This document shows, one piece after another, positions 10,615 to 20,819 of a stretch of 45,143 nucleotides of DNA. The stretch covers positions 191,096,420 to 191,141,562 of the forward strand of contig NC_068982.1 in the NCBI RefSeq assembly GCF_001194135.2, in the 5' to 3' direction. A program made the position numbers and the translations under genes. The first letter of the stretch is position 1. The number at the start of each line of letters is the position of its first letter. The notes under the pieces are model-generated. The model was given only the letters and a program-made list of their open reading frames with translations. It searched no databases and was not told the DNA's origin. The stretch is from Octopus bimaculoides. Taxonomy: Eukaryota.

Positions 10615-13600
10615 TTAAAGAGTAGATGATACAGCAAGATTCTGTCGAATCAACTCAAGGCTGTGTTCTTTCTCCCGCAGAATCTCCCTCAAGCGGCGAA
10701 TCCGTTCCTCCTGAGGTGTCTCCCCAGACAGAGAGGAAGAGAGAGTCACCGATGACGTGGAGGCACTTGGAAGTTCTAGACTGTTGTGTTTTGAAGAGCT
10801 GACATGTGAAGAATAACAAGAAGATGAGGAGGTGGAGGGGGAGGCAGGGAGCAGAGGAGAAAGGTTGGAAGGAGATGGAGTGCTGTATGAAAGGTCGTCA
10901 GTCACAGACGATGATGATGATGTTTGAGTTTCTAAAGGAAAACCTGTTATCTTGACAGCTGCCTTTTTGCCAACTGCTTTCTTTTTACAGTTCAATTTCT
11001 TACCAGACCCTGACAAGGTAAACTTGTCCATCTTGTATAATTTAGAAGAATCCCTTAAATGACCAACGTCCTTTTGTGTGGAGGCTAAGTTTTTACAAGC
11101 AACATTCTCTGGACAAGGCCCAAGTTTTTCTTCTTTGATTGATGACAGGGAAGAATGTTGGTTGATGGGAGCTAATAACGAGACAGACGAATCAGGATTG
11201 ATGTCCCCTTCGTAACCATATTTTACCGGTTCCTTTTTGATATTCTGAACAAGATTTAAGGAATCTGGTACACTAGTAGGAGGTAAAGTAATGAGAGGGT
11301 TTAATGGAAGGAGGGATACATGATGAGGACTTTTCACTAGTTCATCGCCATAACCAGAAGTTATGGGTTCAGATTTGATATGAACGGTATTAGGTTGCAG
11401 AGAAAGAACATTATCAATTCGCAGACCTGAAGAATTACAACTCTGATATGATGGATCAACTATACTGCCAACAGAAGGTGCCACTTTCGGCGTTACCATA
11501 GTTACACTTGGTACAACACCTGTTGAGCAAGATGGTAACAAGCGATGGCCATTTACTGGATCGACTTTGGAAATTTCAAGAGCTGTACCAGTCGCTCGCA
11601 ATACAGTAGCTAATTCCGATTTAGAATCAAAAAGCTGGATTTTATTACTCCCTTCCTTCATATAATACAGACAATTGTTATTCTCGGGAGTTGGAACATG
11701 GCTTTTCGTCTTCTTCGGATTATCACTGGCAACCATTCCACTTTTTTTCTCTTTCAGAACAGATTTGGATTTCTTCCGATATTTCCTAACTGGAGGAATG
11801 AAATCAATATCTTCTTCAAAACCAGTATGTTTTTTTGGTCTACGTATTCTTTTACCAGTAATTATAGGTGGGGCTTCCAGAGTTGGTACAGTTTCTTTTG
11901 TAGAGCTTGGAAGTGGATCTGCAGATGGAGTAATAATCACATCATTCAAAGACTTAGAAGCGTTGTTGGTTTGGAAAATTATTTGGGATCCATTATTAGT
12001 ATTTGATACGACAGTTGGAGGTGGACAGTCCTTAGTATTTACAAAAGATTTTGGCATTTTAACTTGCATAGAATTCTGGTTGAAACTCTTTTCAAAAATA
12101 TAGGCAGATCTGCTGGTTTTGCCACCTTGTGAAGGAATAGCCACCGTTTTATCAGACAATGGAATGAAAACATATTTGCCCATAGGTAGAGAATGGGCAG
12201 CACACTGCAGTTCATCTGCAAGACGAGTGGAACTATTTCCTTGAGGTATGGCAGAGCCTAAAGAAGTAACTGAAGACACACTTTCCAATGTGCTTGCAAT
12301 AGATTTAGCAGATTCTTTCTTCAGATTAGGATTAGTGACGGCTGTTACCTTTGTCTGACCATTACGCCGTCGTATGTCAACAGAAATGTACTTAGGATCC
12401 TGTTCAGTTTTATCAGAACAGCTAGAATTCTTTGGTGAAGCATTTTCTTTCTGTGAATTGTTCAGCTGAGAATCGGTCATGTTGAAGTTATCCAAATCTT
12501 GTTCAGCATTTGGTGGTAATTTTGTTGTTTTCTCATGATCAGCACTCATGTGTTTCCGGTGATTGGTTGAATCTATGCTGATGTCCACACTGACCTCCTC
12601 GTTTGAATTTGTCAGCTGCACAGGAGAGGTGAACGCCTCGTTGTTCATGCTGACGACAACGGTCCGTGGACTTGACAAGGAACTCGTTGACTGCGGAGAA
12701 TTGATTAAAACTCTTTGGAATTTAGATTCATTTGGGAGGTTGTCATTTTCAGCAAAGCCATCTATTTGAGGTTGTTCTACATGGAAGAAACTGGAATCTG
12801 AAGAAGGTTTAACAAATTCAGAATTTTCTCCAAGTTGCGAAGCTGTAACATCATCCTCACTGGATCGCAGTTGTTCTTCAGCTAAAGAGAAAACAGAAGA
12901 TATCTTCAATCCAAACATGCCATCATCATCACCATCGTCAGCATTATCTTGCGATACTTCTTTACTATCAGAATGGCAGTCTTCCATTACAGATTCAGAT
13001 TGCTGTGACAGATTTTTAGCACAATTTGTGTCACTATTACTGATAGCTTTCCCACTATTCTCCGTTTTGTCCTGGTGAACAACATTCTCAGAATGACTCT
13101 CTGTTGGTGCCATATTCGTCCTCTCTGCTGCTGCTGCTTCATTTCTTTGTTTGCTGTGGGACTGTATTTTCTGTTTGTTTTCATTCAAGACAGAAGAAAA
13201 TCTCAACAGAGATTTGCCAGAACTATTCTGTACTTCACTGGCATCCAAAATAGTTGGAACAGGAACCGATGATACAGAGGAAGAAGTTGGAGGACAAAGT
13301 TTTCTGGCAGAATCTCGTGAAAACAGTTTCACAGGGTGGATTGAACCAGAATCCTCTGTTGTTTCATCTGCTGTTGTTGTTGTTGTTGTTGCTGGTGTTG
13401 TTACTGTTGCTGGTGTTGTTGTTGTTGTTGCTGGTGTTGTTGCTGTTGTCGGTGTTGCTGCTGTTGTCAGTGTTGCTGGTGTTGTTGATGTTACTACTGC
13501 AGTGGTCAGTGTTTTAGTAGATGTCGTAGTCGTGGTCAGTGCAGCACCAGAAGTACCCACATTCTGATTATTCCCTGTAGAATTAACATAAGTGGCTACA

Positions 13601-14266
13601 GACACATCCTTTGGTCTGTCTGTTGAAGCTGGTTCAATTTGGGAACTATTCACATCAGACTGACTTTTGGCCGATGTTACCTTGGAACCAACAGTGGTAG
13701 CTGGAAGTGTTGTTGTGGTGGTTGATTTTGTTGGAGTTGGAGTCGTAGTTGCTGTTGTGGATACTTCAGAAGGAACAAAACTTGGCAATAACAGTTTCAG
13801 CATGTTGTCCGAGATGCCATGGTTTAGAAAAGAACCATATGTTAGAAGATTCGAAGATTTTGTTGAGGCTTTATTTTCAGTTGTTGTTTTTGTCGAGACA
13901 ATTTGACTTGGTGAGTCAGGAGACTTTTTCTGCACAACAAACACAATTTTTTTCTTTTCGTTATCACACACAATTGTCGGTTTTGCCAAAGCTATTTCTG
14001 TTTTGCCATTCACTCCTCGACAAATCAACTTTTTCATCTCACCTTCAGGTTGATTGGGATTGGTGGCTGCTAAAAGACCATTGTATGGAAGAATGTACTT
14101 CAACTGGCCCCCAACATAAAGAGCATAAGCTTTCTGGGTATTGCTAGCCGGAGGGGTACTGCCAGTAGCTTTAGAGTTAGCTGTTGTCACTTTGCTGGTT
14201 GCAGTTTGGTTTGGTGCTGGTGGCGCCTTTGAAACCTCGGTATCAGAATTCGGCAGTTTTGAAACT
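10615..14266 (-). CDS. Terminal coding exon (3652 nt) of a large low-complexity nuclear protein with an LRIF1-like C-terminal coiled coil
   Basis: Uninterrupted frame containing the 1191-aa ORF. It extends to acceptor CATTTCTTTTCCAG|A at 14266 (phase 2), stop TAA at 10617-10615. S/T/N-rich, with basic clusters GKRIRRPKK and RKYRKKSK, and ends QEERIRRLREILREKEHSLELIRQNL. Confidence 0.93.
13371..13500 (-). repeat. Coding imperfect (ACA/GCA)n repeat encoding TTPA(T)n units
   Basis: Encodes TSTTPATLTTAATPTTATTPATTTTTPATVTTPATTTTTTA. Confidence 0.85.
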
Positions 14267-14380
14267 CTGGAAAAGAAATGATAAAATAACCAAATAATTC
14301 ACAATAACAACACATTAATGATAAATAACACAAAGCGGAGGAGGGGGGAATAGATAGAGAGAGAGAGAGCTTCCAAGACA

Positions 14381-14858
14381 ATCAGGAAAGAGGAGAAAAA
14401 ATTAATAGTAATAAAGGATGGGGAAAGGATAGCTAGATTAGATAGGATACGATAGAGAGAGAGAGAGAGAGGTTTTTTCTTTTCAATCTGGTGTGGTCAA
14501 TTCATTGAAATTTTTTTTTTTCTTTTCCCATTGTATACTTATCAACATATTTGTAAATAAACGCATTTTCTCACAAGAGCTGGTGACCTTTCAGTTTCCT
14601 AAAATTTTAGGAAACTAATACCTCTGAAAGGTCACCAGCTCTTGTGAGAAAATGCGTTTATTTACAAATATGTTGATAAGTATACAGTGGGAAAAGGAAA
14701 AAAAAAAAGAAAAAAGAATGGAGAAAGGAAAAAATGAAATTTCAATGAACTGACCACACAAAATTGAAAAGAAGCCTCTCTCTTTCTCTCTCTAGCCAGC
14801 CATCTCTCTATCCTTTCCCCATCTTTTATTGCTATTACTTTTTCTCCTCTTTCCTGAT
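14381..14858. repeat. Long foldback inverted repeat in the last intron
   Basis: Core arms 14523-14594 and 14624-14695 are 72 bp with one mismatch. The loop contains the palindrome GTTTCCTAAAATTTTAGGAAAC. Diverged outer arms extend to ATCAGG (14381) and CCTGAT (14858). Confidence 0.9.
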
Positions 14859-15225
14859 ACCTCTCTCTATTCCCCACATTTTGCTTCTCTTTCCCTATCT
14901 CTCTCTCTCCCTTTTTCCCCCAAAACAAAATTTTCCTCTTCAAAAAAAANNNNNNNNNNNNNNNNNNNNNNNNNNNNNNNNNNNNNNNNNNNNNNNNNNN
15001 NNNNNNNNNNNNNNNNNNNNNNNNNNNNNNNNNNNNNNNNNNNNNNNNNNNNNNNNNNNNNNNNNNNNNNNNNNNNNNNNNNNNNNNNNNNNNNNNNNNN
15101 NNNNNNNNNNNNNNNNNNNNNNNNNNNNNNNNNNNNNNNNNNNNNNNNNNNNNNNNNNNNNNNNNNNNNNNNNNNNNNNNNNNNNNNNNNNNNNNNNNNN
15201 NNNNNNNNNNNNNNNNTATATATAT

Positions 15226-15659
15226 GACCTTCGAGCGTTGGGCCTCACAGAGGCAATGACAAAAGACCGAGACCTCTGGGGGTATGCTGTGACTGAGAAG
15301 ACCCGGCAAATAGAGTAAGTCTACAGCTGTAACCTACACCAGTGTCGCATAACCAGCCCACTCAAAAGTACCTTGGATCGTAGGGCAACATGCTGTGCTT
15401 GAGAAGACCTATTGAGTCAAATACATCAACATCAATATCAAATCAAATGGTAATTGTAATTGTGGCCCCCATTCTGGTAGCACGTAAAAAGCACCCACTA
15501 CACTCTCGGAGCGGTTGGTGTTAGGAAGGGGATCCAGCTGTGGAAATACTGCCAAATCAGACTGGAGCCTGGTGCAGCCTCCTGGCTTCCCAGAGCCTAG
15601 TCAAACCATCCAACCCATGCCAGCATGGGAAATGGACGTTAAACAATGATGATGATGAT
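15226..15659 (+). mobile_element. RTE 3' end copy in the last intron
   Basis: DLRALGLTEAMTKDRDLWGYAVTEKTRQIE* (stop 15318), then the conserved GTTAGGAAGGG..CATCCAGC / CCAACCCATGCCAGCATGG block and a (GAT)n tail. Confidence 0.8.
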
Positions 15660-16469
15660 ATACACCACAGCATCAGAAATCTGCAATGACCCCATAACTA
15701 CTGTCTCAGCTATAACCTTGGAGCCTCAGTCATCCGTTACAGTACTTACCTAGTGTACCTAATCGCTTAGATTACCTGTGAACTTAAACCCTCATATTTT
15801 GTATATATATACCCTACAAGCACACCCTAGATAATATGGTGGAATCACCAACATCATTTAGCATCTGATTTCCATACTTGGATATATGCTATAAATTGTA
15901 TACAGTTATCACTTACTCTTCCCTATTTATTCACTCAACATTCATTATATTCACCTCCGTCACCCATTCCCCATCTCTCAGACACTCTTGCAACCTCAAC
16001 CCACCCACAACCCCAGTTCCTCTGTCCCCATTCACTCCAATTCATCTCATACGTTGAAGCTTCACACAAATGCTTCATCCCTGCTTTTTGCATCTCTTCT
16101 CCCATTCCACCCTAATCGGTCACCCCCCTTCCTTCCTCTCTAAAGTAGGAGTAACCATTTGGTTTCTCCCCTGTAAGAAACCTGTTCTGCTCTGGCCCCT
16201 TCTATCACACTACGACCCCTCATTTCCTAACATTAAGCCACCTCTCTTGGAAAGCCTTGCAAGCTGTATGTCAACCTCACTAGAGCTGGTGGCATGAAAG
16301 AAAGACCCAACACACCCTGTAAAGTGGTTGGCATTAGGAAGGGCAACTGGCTGTAAAACCAACCCTAAAGTACCACTGGTGTTTCCTCTGCAAACATGAA
16401 AGGGTAACAATATAATAATTATAAGGACACAACCCACCCTCAAAATACAAGGATTCCATAAAGACTTAC

Positions 16470-16616
16470 GCTGCATAAACTTTCTGTTTGTTTGCTTTCT
16501 CAACTTTTGGTTTCCTTGGAACTCTTGGTTTGCGAACAGCTGAGGGTTTCTTAGCCGCAGAATCACACCTGACAGCCATCACAGCAGCAACAGCTTTATC
16601 AGCAGTAATAATACAC
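16470..16616 (-). CDS. Coding exon 4 (147 nt, phase 2-2)
   Basis: Acceptor GCTCTCCAG|G, donor GCAGC|GTAAGT. Encodes (W)CIITADKAVAAVMAVRCDSAAKKPSAVRKPRVPRKPKVEKANKQKVYA(A). Its donor phase matches the terminal-exon acceptor. Confidence 0.85.
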
Positions 16617-17735
16617 CTGGAGAGCAAATCTGGAAGGAGGGACATAAAAGCAATCAGCCATCTTCATGAGTTACAACATTAAATTTTACTGATTGAGTGA
16701 TTTCTAACTTTGGTACAGAGGAAATGTGAATGTGAATGTGTGGAGGGGGGGGGNNNNNNNNNNNNNNNNNNNNNNNNNNNNNNNNNNNNNNNNNNNNNNN
16801 NNNNNNNNNNNNNNNNNNNNNNNNNNNNNNNNNNNNNNNNNNNNNNNNNNNNNNNNNNNNNNNNNNNNNNNNNNNNNNNNNNNNNNNNNNNNNNNNNNNN
16901 NNNNNNNNNNNNNNNNNNNNNNNNNNNNNNNNNNNNNNNNNNNNNNNNNNNNNNNNNNNNNNNNNNNNNNNNNNNNNNNNNNNNNNNNNNNNNNNNNNNN
17001 NNNNNNNNNNNNNNNNNNNNNNNNNNNNNNNNNNNNNNNNNNNNNNNNNNNNNNNNNNNNNNNNNNNNNNNNNNNNNNNNNNNNNNNNNNNNNNNNNNNN
17101 NNNNNNNNNNNNNNNNNNNNNNNNNNNNNNNNNNNNNNNNNNNNNNNNNNNNNNNNNNNNNNNNNNNNNNNNNNNNNNNNNNNNNNNNNNNNNNNNNNNN
17201 NNNNNNNNNNNNNNNNNNNNNNNNNNNNNNNNNNNNNNNNNNNNNNNNNNNNNNNNNNNNNNNNNNNNNNNNNNNNNNNNNNNNNNNNNNNNNNNNNNNN
17301 NNNNNNNNNNNNNNNNNNNNNNNNNNNNNNNNNNNNNNNNNNNNNNNNNNNNNNNNNNNNNNNNNNNNNNNNNNNNNNNNNNNNNNNNNNNNNNNNNNNN
17401 NNNNNNNNNNNNNNNNNNNNNNNNNNNNNNNNNNNNNNNNNNNNNNNNNNNNNNNNNNNNNNNNNNNNNNNNNNNNNNNNNNNNATAATTCCCCCAACAG
17501 CAAAAAGTCAGGGCCTTGCATGTTTACAAGATGAAGGGCTGGGGTCATCACACATTTGTTTCATTGCAAAATCGTTTGTTTTTTTCATTAGAAACAAAAG
17601 CAAACAACAGCTTTGATGGGAGACACCATTAACAAGAAACCACAAAACACACTTGGTTCCAAAGCTGCTGCAACGTGGATCAGTGGCCTGTCTTTCGGTA
17701 TTCCATCTTCTTTTGCTGCATGTGTTGTCCATTAC

Positions 17736-17796
17736 CACTTTACTGGGAATCTGGTGGAGATTCCGTTCCTGCTCTTCTTGCGAAAGCAAGGACTCA
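17736..17796 (-). CDS. Coding exon 3 (61 nt, phase 1-2)
   Basis: Acceptor CCCTATTGCAG|TG, donor AAGTG|GTAATG. Encodes (V)SPCFRKKSRNGISTRFPVK(W). It bridges the phase-1 donor of exon 2 to the phase-2 acceptor of exon 4. Confidence 0.7.
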
Positions 17797-18156
17797 CTGC
17801 AATAGGGTTGGATGTTAGAAACGGTCTTTGGGGGAGGGCGGGAGGTCATGAATGGGAATGGTAATTATTTTTAATATTTGGCAGAAAAAGTGAGGAATTT
17901 TGTGCAGACGGAGAGAGTTCGATTAAAATGACACTAGAACTAGACGAGCCCTTTATTTTATTGACCTTTGAAAGGTTGAAAGGCAAAGCTGACCACAGCA
18001 GGATTTGGAATGAATAAGTTCAGGGCATTTTATTGAAGGCACAATACATTTAATAGTACCACAATCACCAACACAGATTAGAAATAAGGTATTGCAGAAA
18101 GTAGCAGCAGCTACAAAGCAGGGGGGGAGAGAGAGTGTGTGTGTGTGTGTAAAAGT

Positions 18157-18383
18157 TTAACTTTTAGCATCCAGATTACTCTGTCAAATGTAAAGCTTAC
18201 TGATTCACATTGTCATGAATTAATCATGGATTATCTCATAGCTTTCAGATTTTGATGATGTGATTGTTTATTTTTAAAATGACATTGTAGGGTAAGTGTA
18301 AGAGGATGGATCCGGCCAGTTTCAACATAAAACAAATAGAATATTTAGGCCAGATATGGTCAGTTTGAATGTTAAAGGGTTAA
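18157..18383. mobile_element. piggyBac-type MITE
   Basis: TTAA-flanked ends TTAA(c)TTTTAGCAT... and ...TGTTAAAGGG-TTAA. A homologous copy lies at 30732. Confidence 0.6.
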
Positions 18384-18475
18384 AATTGGTTGGTATAACA
18401 TTGACAATTGTGCAGCTGCTAATAACATGTAGCAGATATAGAAATGGTGAAAATATGCAATAAAATGTTGTGTAC

Positions 18476-18577
18476 CTGAGAAATATTTACGACGTAACTC
18501 AGATCTCTGCGCATCACTCAGTGACTCGTCTTTGAGAGCTTCTGGGAAAGTAGAATTTTTCAATTCTGTCTTTGAAT
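18476..18577 (-). CDS. Coding exon 2 (102 nt, phase 1-1)
   Basis: Acceptor TTTCTTTATTTCCAACAG|AT, donor TCAG|GTACAC. Open frame (D)SKTELKNSTFPEALKDESLSDAQRSELRRKYFS. Phase matches the upstream donor. Confidence 0.85.
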
Positions 18578-18649
18578 CTGTTGGAAATAAAGAAAAAAAA
18601 GAGAGAAACAAAATGAGCAATGCTAATCAATATTATTAGATATTAAAAA

Positions 18650-18812
18650 CACCAGCTCCACTCTGTAAAGTGGTTGGTACTGCAAAGGGCATCCAGCCAT
18701 AGAAACCATTCCAAAACAGACAATCGGAGCCTGGTGCAGCCCTCTGGCTTGCCAGCTCCTGTCAAACTGTCCAACCCATGCCAGCATGGAAAACAGACAT
18801 TAAATGATGATT
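18650..18812 (+). mobile_element. RTE-3'UTR-derived SINE-like copy
   Basis: GGGCATCCAGCCATAGAAACC...CCAACCCATGCCAGCATGGAAA..TAAATGATGA. Confidence 0.7.
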
Positions 18813-19389
18813 GATCTTTGATAACCCTTTCTTATCCACAGCCCCAGTAGCTTTAGTCAACATTATATAAAAGCATCATCATCATCATCAGTGTGTTTAG
18901 TCCATTTTTCCCATTGTTGGCTGTGTTTATGGCTTTGGTAAGACTTACTGAAGCATGATTTCACAGTCAGAAGCCTTTCCTGTTGGCAAGCTGCTTTTTT
19001 CAAGTAAGGTATTTTGTTTCTAATTCCAGCGGTTTTTACAAAATATCACAAAGGCATCCAAGCTACAGAACATTTTGTTTACAGGAAACATAAAAACACC
19101 ATTCCTTAAACAGTGCCATCAGGATGCAAACAAACAAACACACATTTGTTTATAGTAGTTTGATCTTATTGCAGTCTGTACAAATGATTATGATGTGTAA
19201 GGGACTGTTTTTGAGTTGTTTGTAGTTTACTGCAGGCAGATTAGGGGTCCAGGTAGCACTGGCAGAGTCCATGATGGATCTAAAGTATTGTTTGTATAGC
19301 ACTATTGCTGCCATTTTTTCTATGTAGCAACTGTGAACACTGGTCTATGTATGTTGTTTATCTTGGGGCCTCTGTATGGGTACCATGTC

Positions 19390-19570
19390 AAAAGCACTGG
19401 TGATGGTGCCTCATAAAACGCACTGGTGATGGTGCCACATAAAAAGCAGTGATGATGGTGCCACATAAAATGCACTGGTTATGGTGCCACATAAAAAGCA
19501 GTGGTGATGGTGCCACCTAAAATGCACTGGTTATGGTGTCACATAAAAAGCAACGGTGATGGTGCCACAT
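19390..19570 (+). repeat. 26-bp minisatellite x7
   Basis: Consensus AAAA(A/T)GCA(C/G)TGGT(G/T)ATGGTGCCACAT. Unit starts at 19390, 19415, 19441, 19467, 19493, 19519 and 19545. Confidence 0.9.
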
Positions 19571-19743
19571 AAAAGGCACCCAGTACACTCTGTAAAATGG
19601 TTGGTGTTAGGAAGGTCATCCAGCTATACAGACCATACCAAAACAGGCAATGGAACCTGGTACAGCTCTCTGGCTTGCCAATTCCTGTCAAAGTATCCAA
19701 CCCATGCCAGCATGGAAAATGGATGATGAAAAATGATGATGAT
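19390..19743 (+). mobile_element. RTE-3'UTR-derived copy with an internal minisatellite expansion
   Basis: Same 3' block and (GAT)n tail, preceded by seven tandem units. Confidence 0.7.
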
Positions 19744-20192
19744 GTGTTGTGAGTATTGTGGAGGAGTGGTATGTAACTCTGACTTCTAGTGTCTTGTGTG
19801 TGTGTGTGTGTGTGTGATGGTTGGTTACCACCTGGAGCTAATTTATATAAAGTTGAAACAGTTGTGCAGCAGTGTGTAAAGATGAAGGGATGTAAATCTG
19901 GTGCCATCTGCATATGCAGTTGTCCGTATACCTTGTGGGATGGTGCCATGTGGGTATAAGTTAAGAAGGGAATGGGTGAGAGGAAAGATCTTTGAGGCAC
20001 TCCATGCATGAAACTACAGATCCTGGAAGTGCTGTTCGTGTAGATGACATAGGTTTATAACATGACAGATTCTAACCTCTGAGTTAAAATTTATGATGGT
20101 TCTGAAGGAAGAGGTGAGTATATTTTTGTATGAGAGGTTAGCAGACAATAGCAGTTAGAATGGTATGTAGGGTGTTTTCATCATCATCATCA

Positions 20193-20229
<37 letters not shown>

Positions 20230-20387
20230 CATTACTGAGTGAGAGAGCAGCACACACCATCAAAGTGATGCTAAGGTACAAATAAACAAAGCCCAGGACA
20301 CTTGTGTAAAGAAGTGCTGATCTCTGTGGAGGGAACCTGTGGTAGAGGTGGTGAAGCATGATCTTTGAACATTTGGCCTCAAGGAGA

Positions 20388-20819
20388 GAATGACTAGTGA
20401 CTGAAACCTTTGGTAATATGCTGTGCTTGAGAAGACACTTCAAGCCAAGTGAAATCGTAGTTATGGCCGACGCTGGTGTCACATAACTGGCACCCGTGCC
20501 ACATAAAAAGCACCTTTCAAGTGCTGGGCCTCACAGAGGCAATGATGGTGACTGAGACCTTTGGCATTATACCATGCTTGAAAAAACTTATAAAGCTGAG
20601 CAAAATCATAGTCGTGGCAAATATTGGTGTCATGCAAGTGGCCCCTGTGCCAGTGACACGTAAAAGTACCCATTACACTCTCGAAGTGGTTGGCATTAGA
20701 AACCATGCCAAAACAGACTGGAGTCTAGTGCAGTCCCTTCGCTTACCAGCCCTAGTCAAACCATCCAACCCATGCCAGCACGGACAACGGACGTTAAATG
20801 ATGATGATAATGATGATGA
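20388..20819 (+). mobile_element. RTE 3' end copy with internal tandem duplication
   Basis: Two successive GTGACTGA(A/G)ACCTTTGG..ATGCT..TTGA segments, then the common 3' block and a (GAT)n tail. Confidence 0.7.

Noticed and set aside
11497-11511. HP1-binding PxVxL-type motif (PSVTM)
   Set aside because: Too degenerate to be meaningful in a 1444-aa P/S/T/V-rich protein without conservation data.
13371-13760. Secreted mucin call
   Set aside because: No signal peptide or transmembrane segment; the N-terminus is strongly basic.
11675-14147. Plus-strand ORFs (11675-12103, 13151-13567, 13254-13517, 13667-13906, 13749-14147 and others)
   Set aside because: They are antisense shadows of the large low-complexity exon, with no independent support.
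14188-14190. ORF-track start 'M' for the 1191-aa ORF
   Set aside because: It is a GTG valine inside an exon; the frame continues to the splice acceptor at 14266.
15900-16210. LINE endonuclease remnants on the minus strand (also ~6560-6900)
   Set aside because: Only vague compositional resemblance; no intact diagnostic motif could be read.
17508-17849. 113-aa ORF as the coding frame of exon 3
   Set aside because: Splice phases require a different frame (SPCFRKKSRNGISTRFPVK) limited to 17736-17796.
19390-19570. CRISPR-like array of palindromic ~26-bp repeats
   Set aside because: Units are contiguous with no unique spacers, sit inside a eukaryotic LINE-derived repeat, and there are no cas genes.
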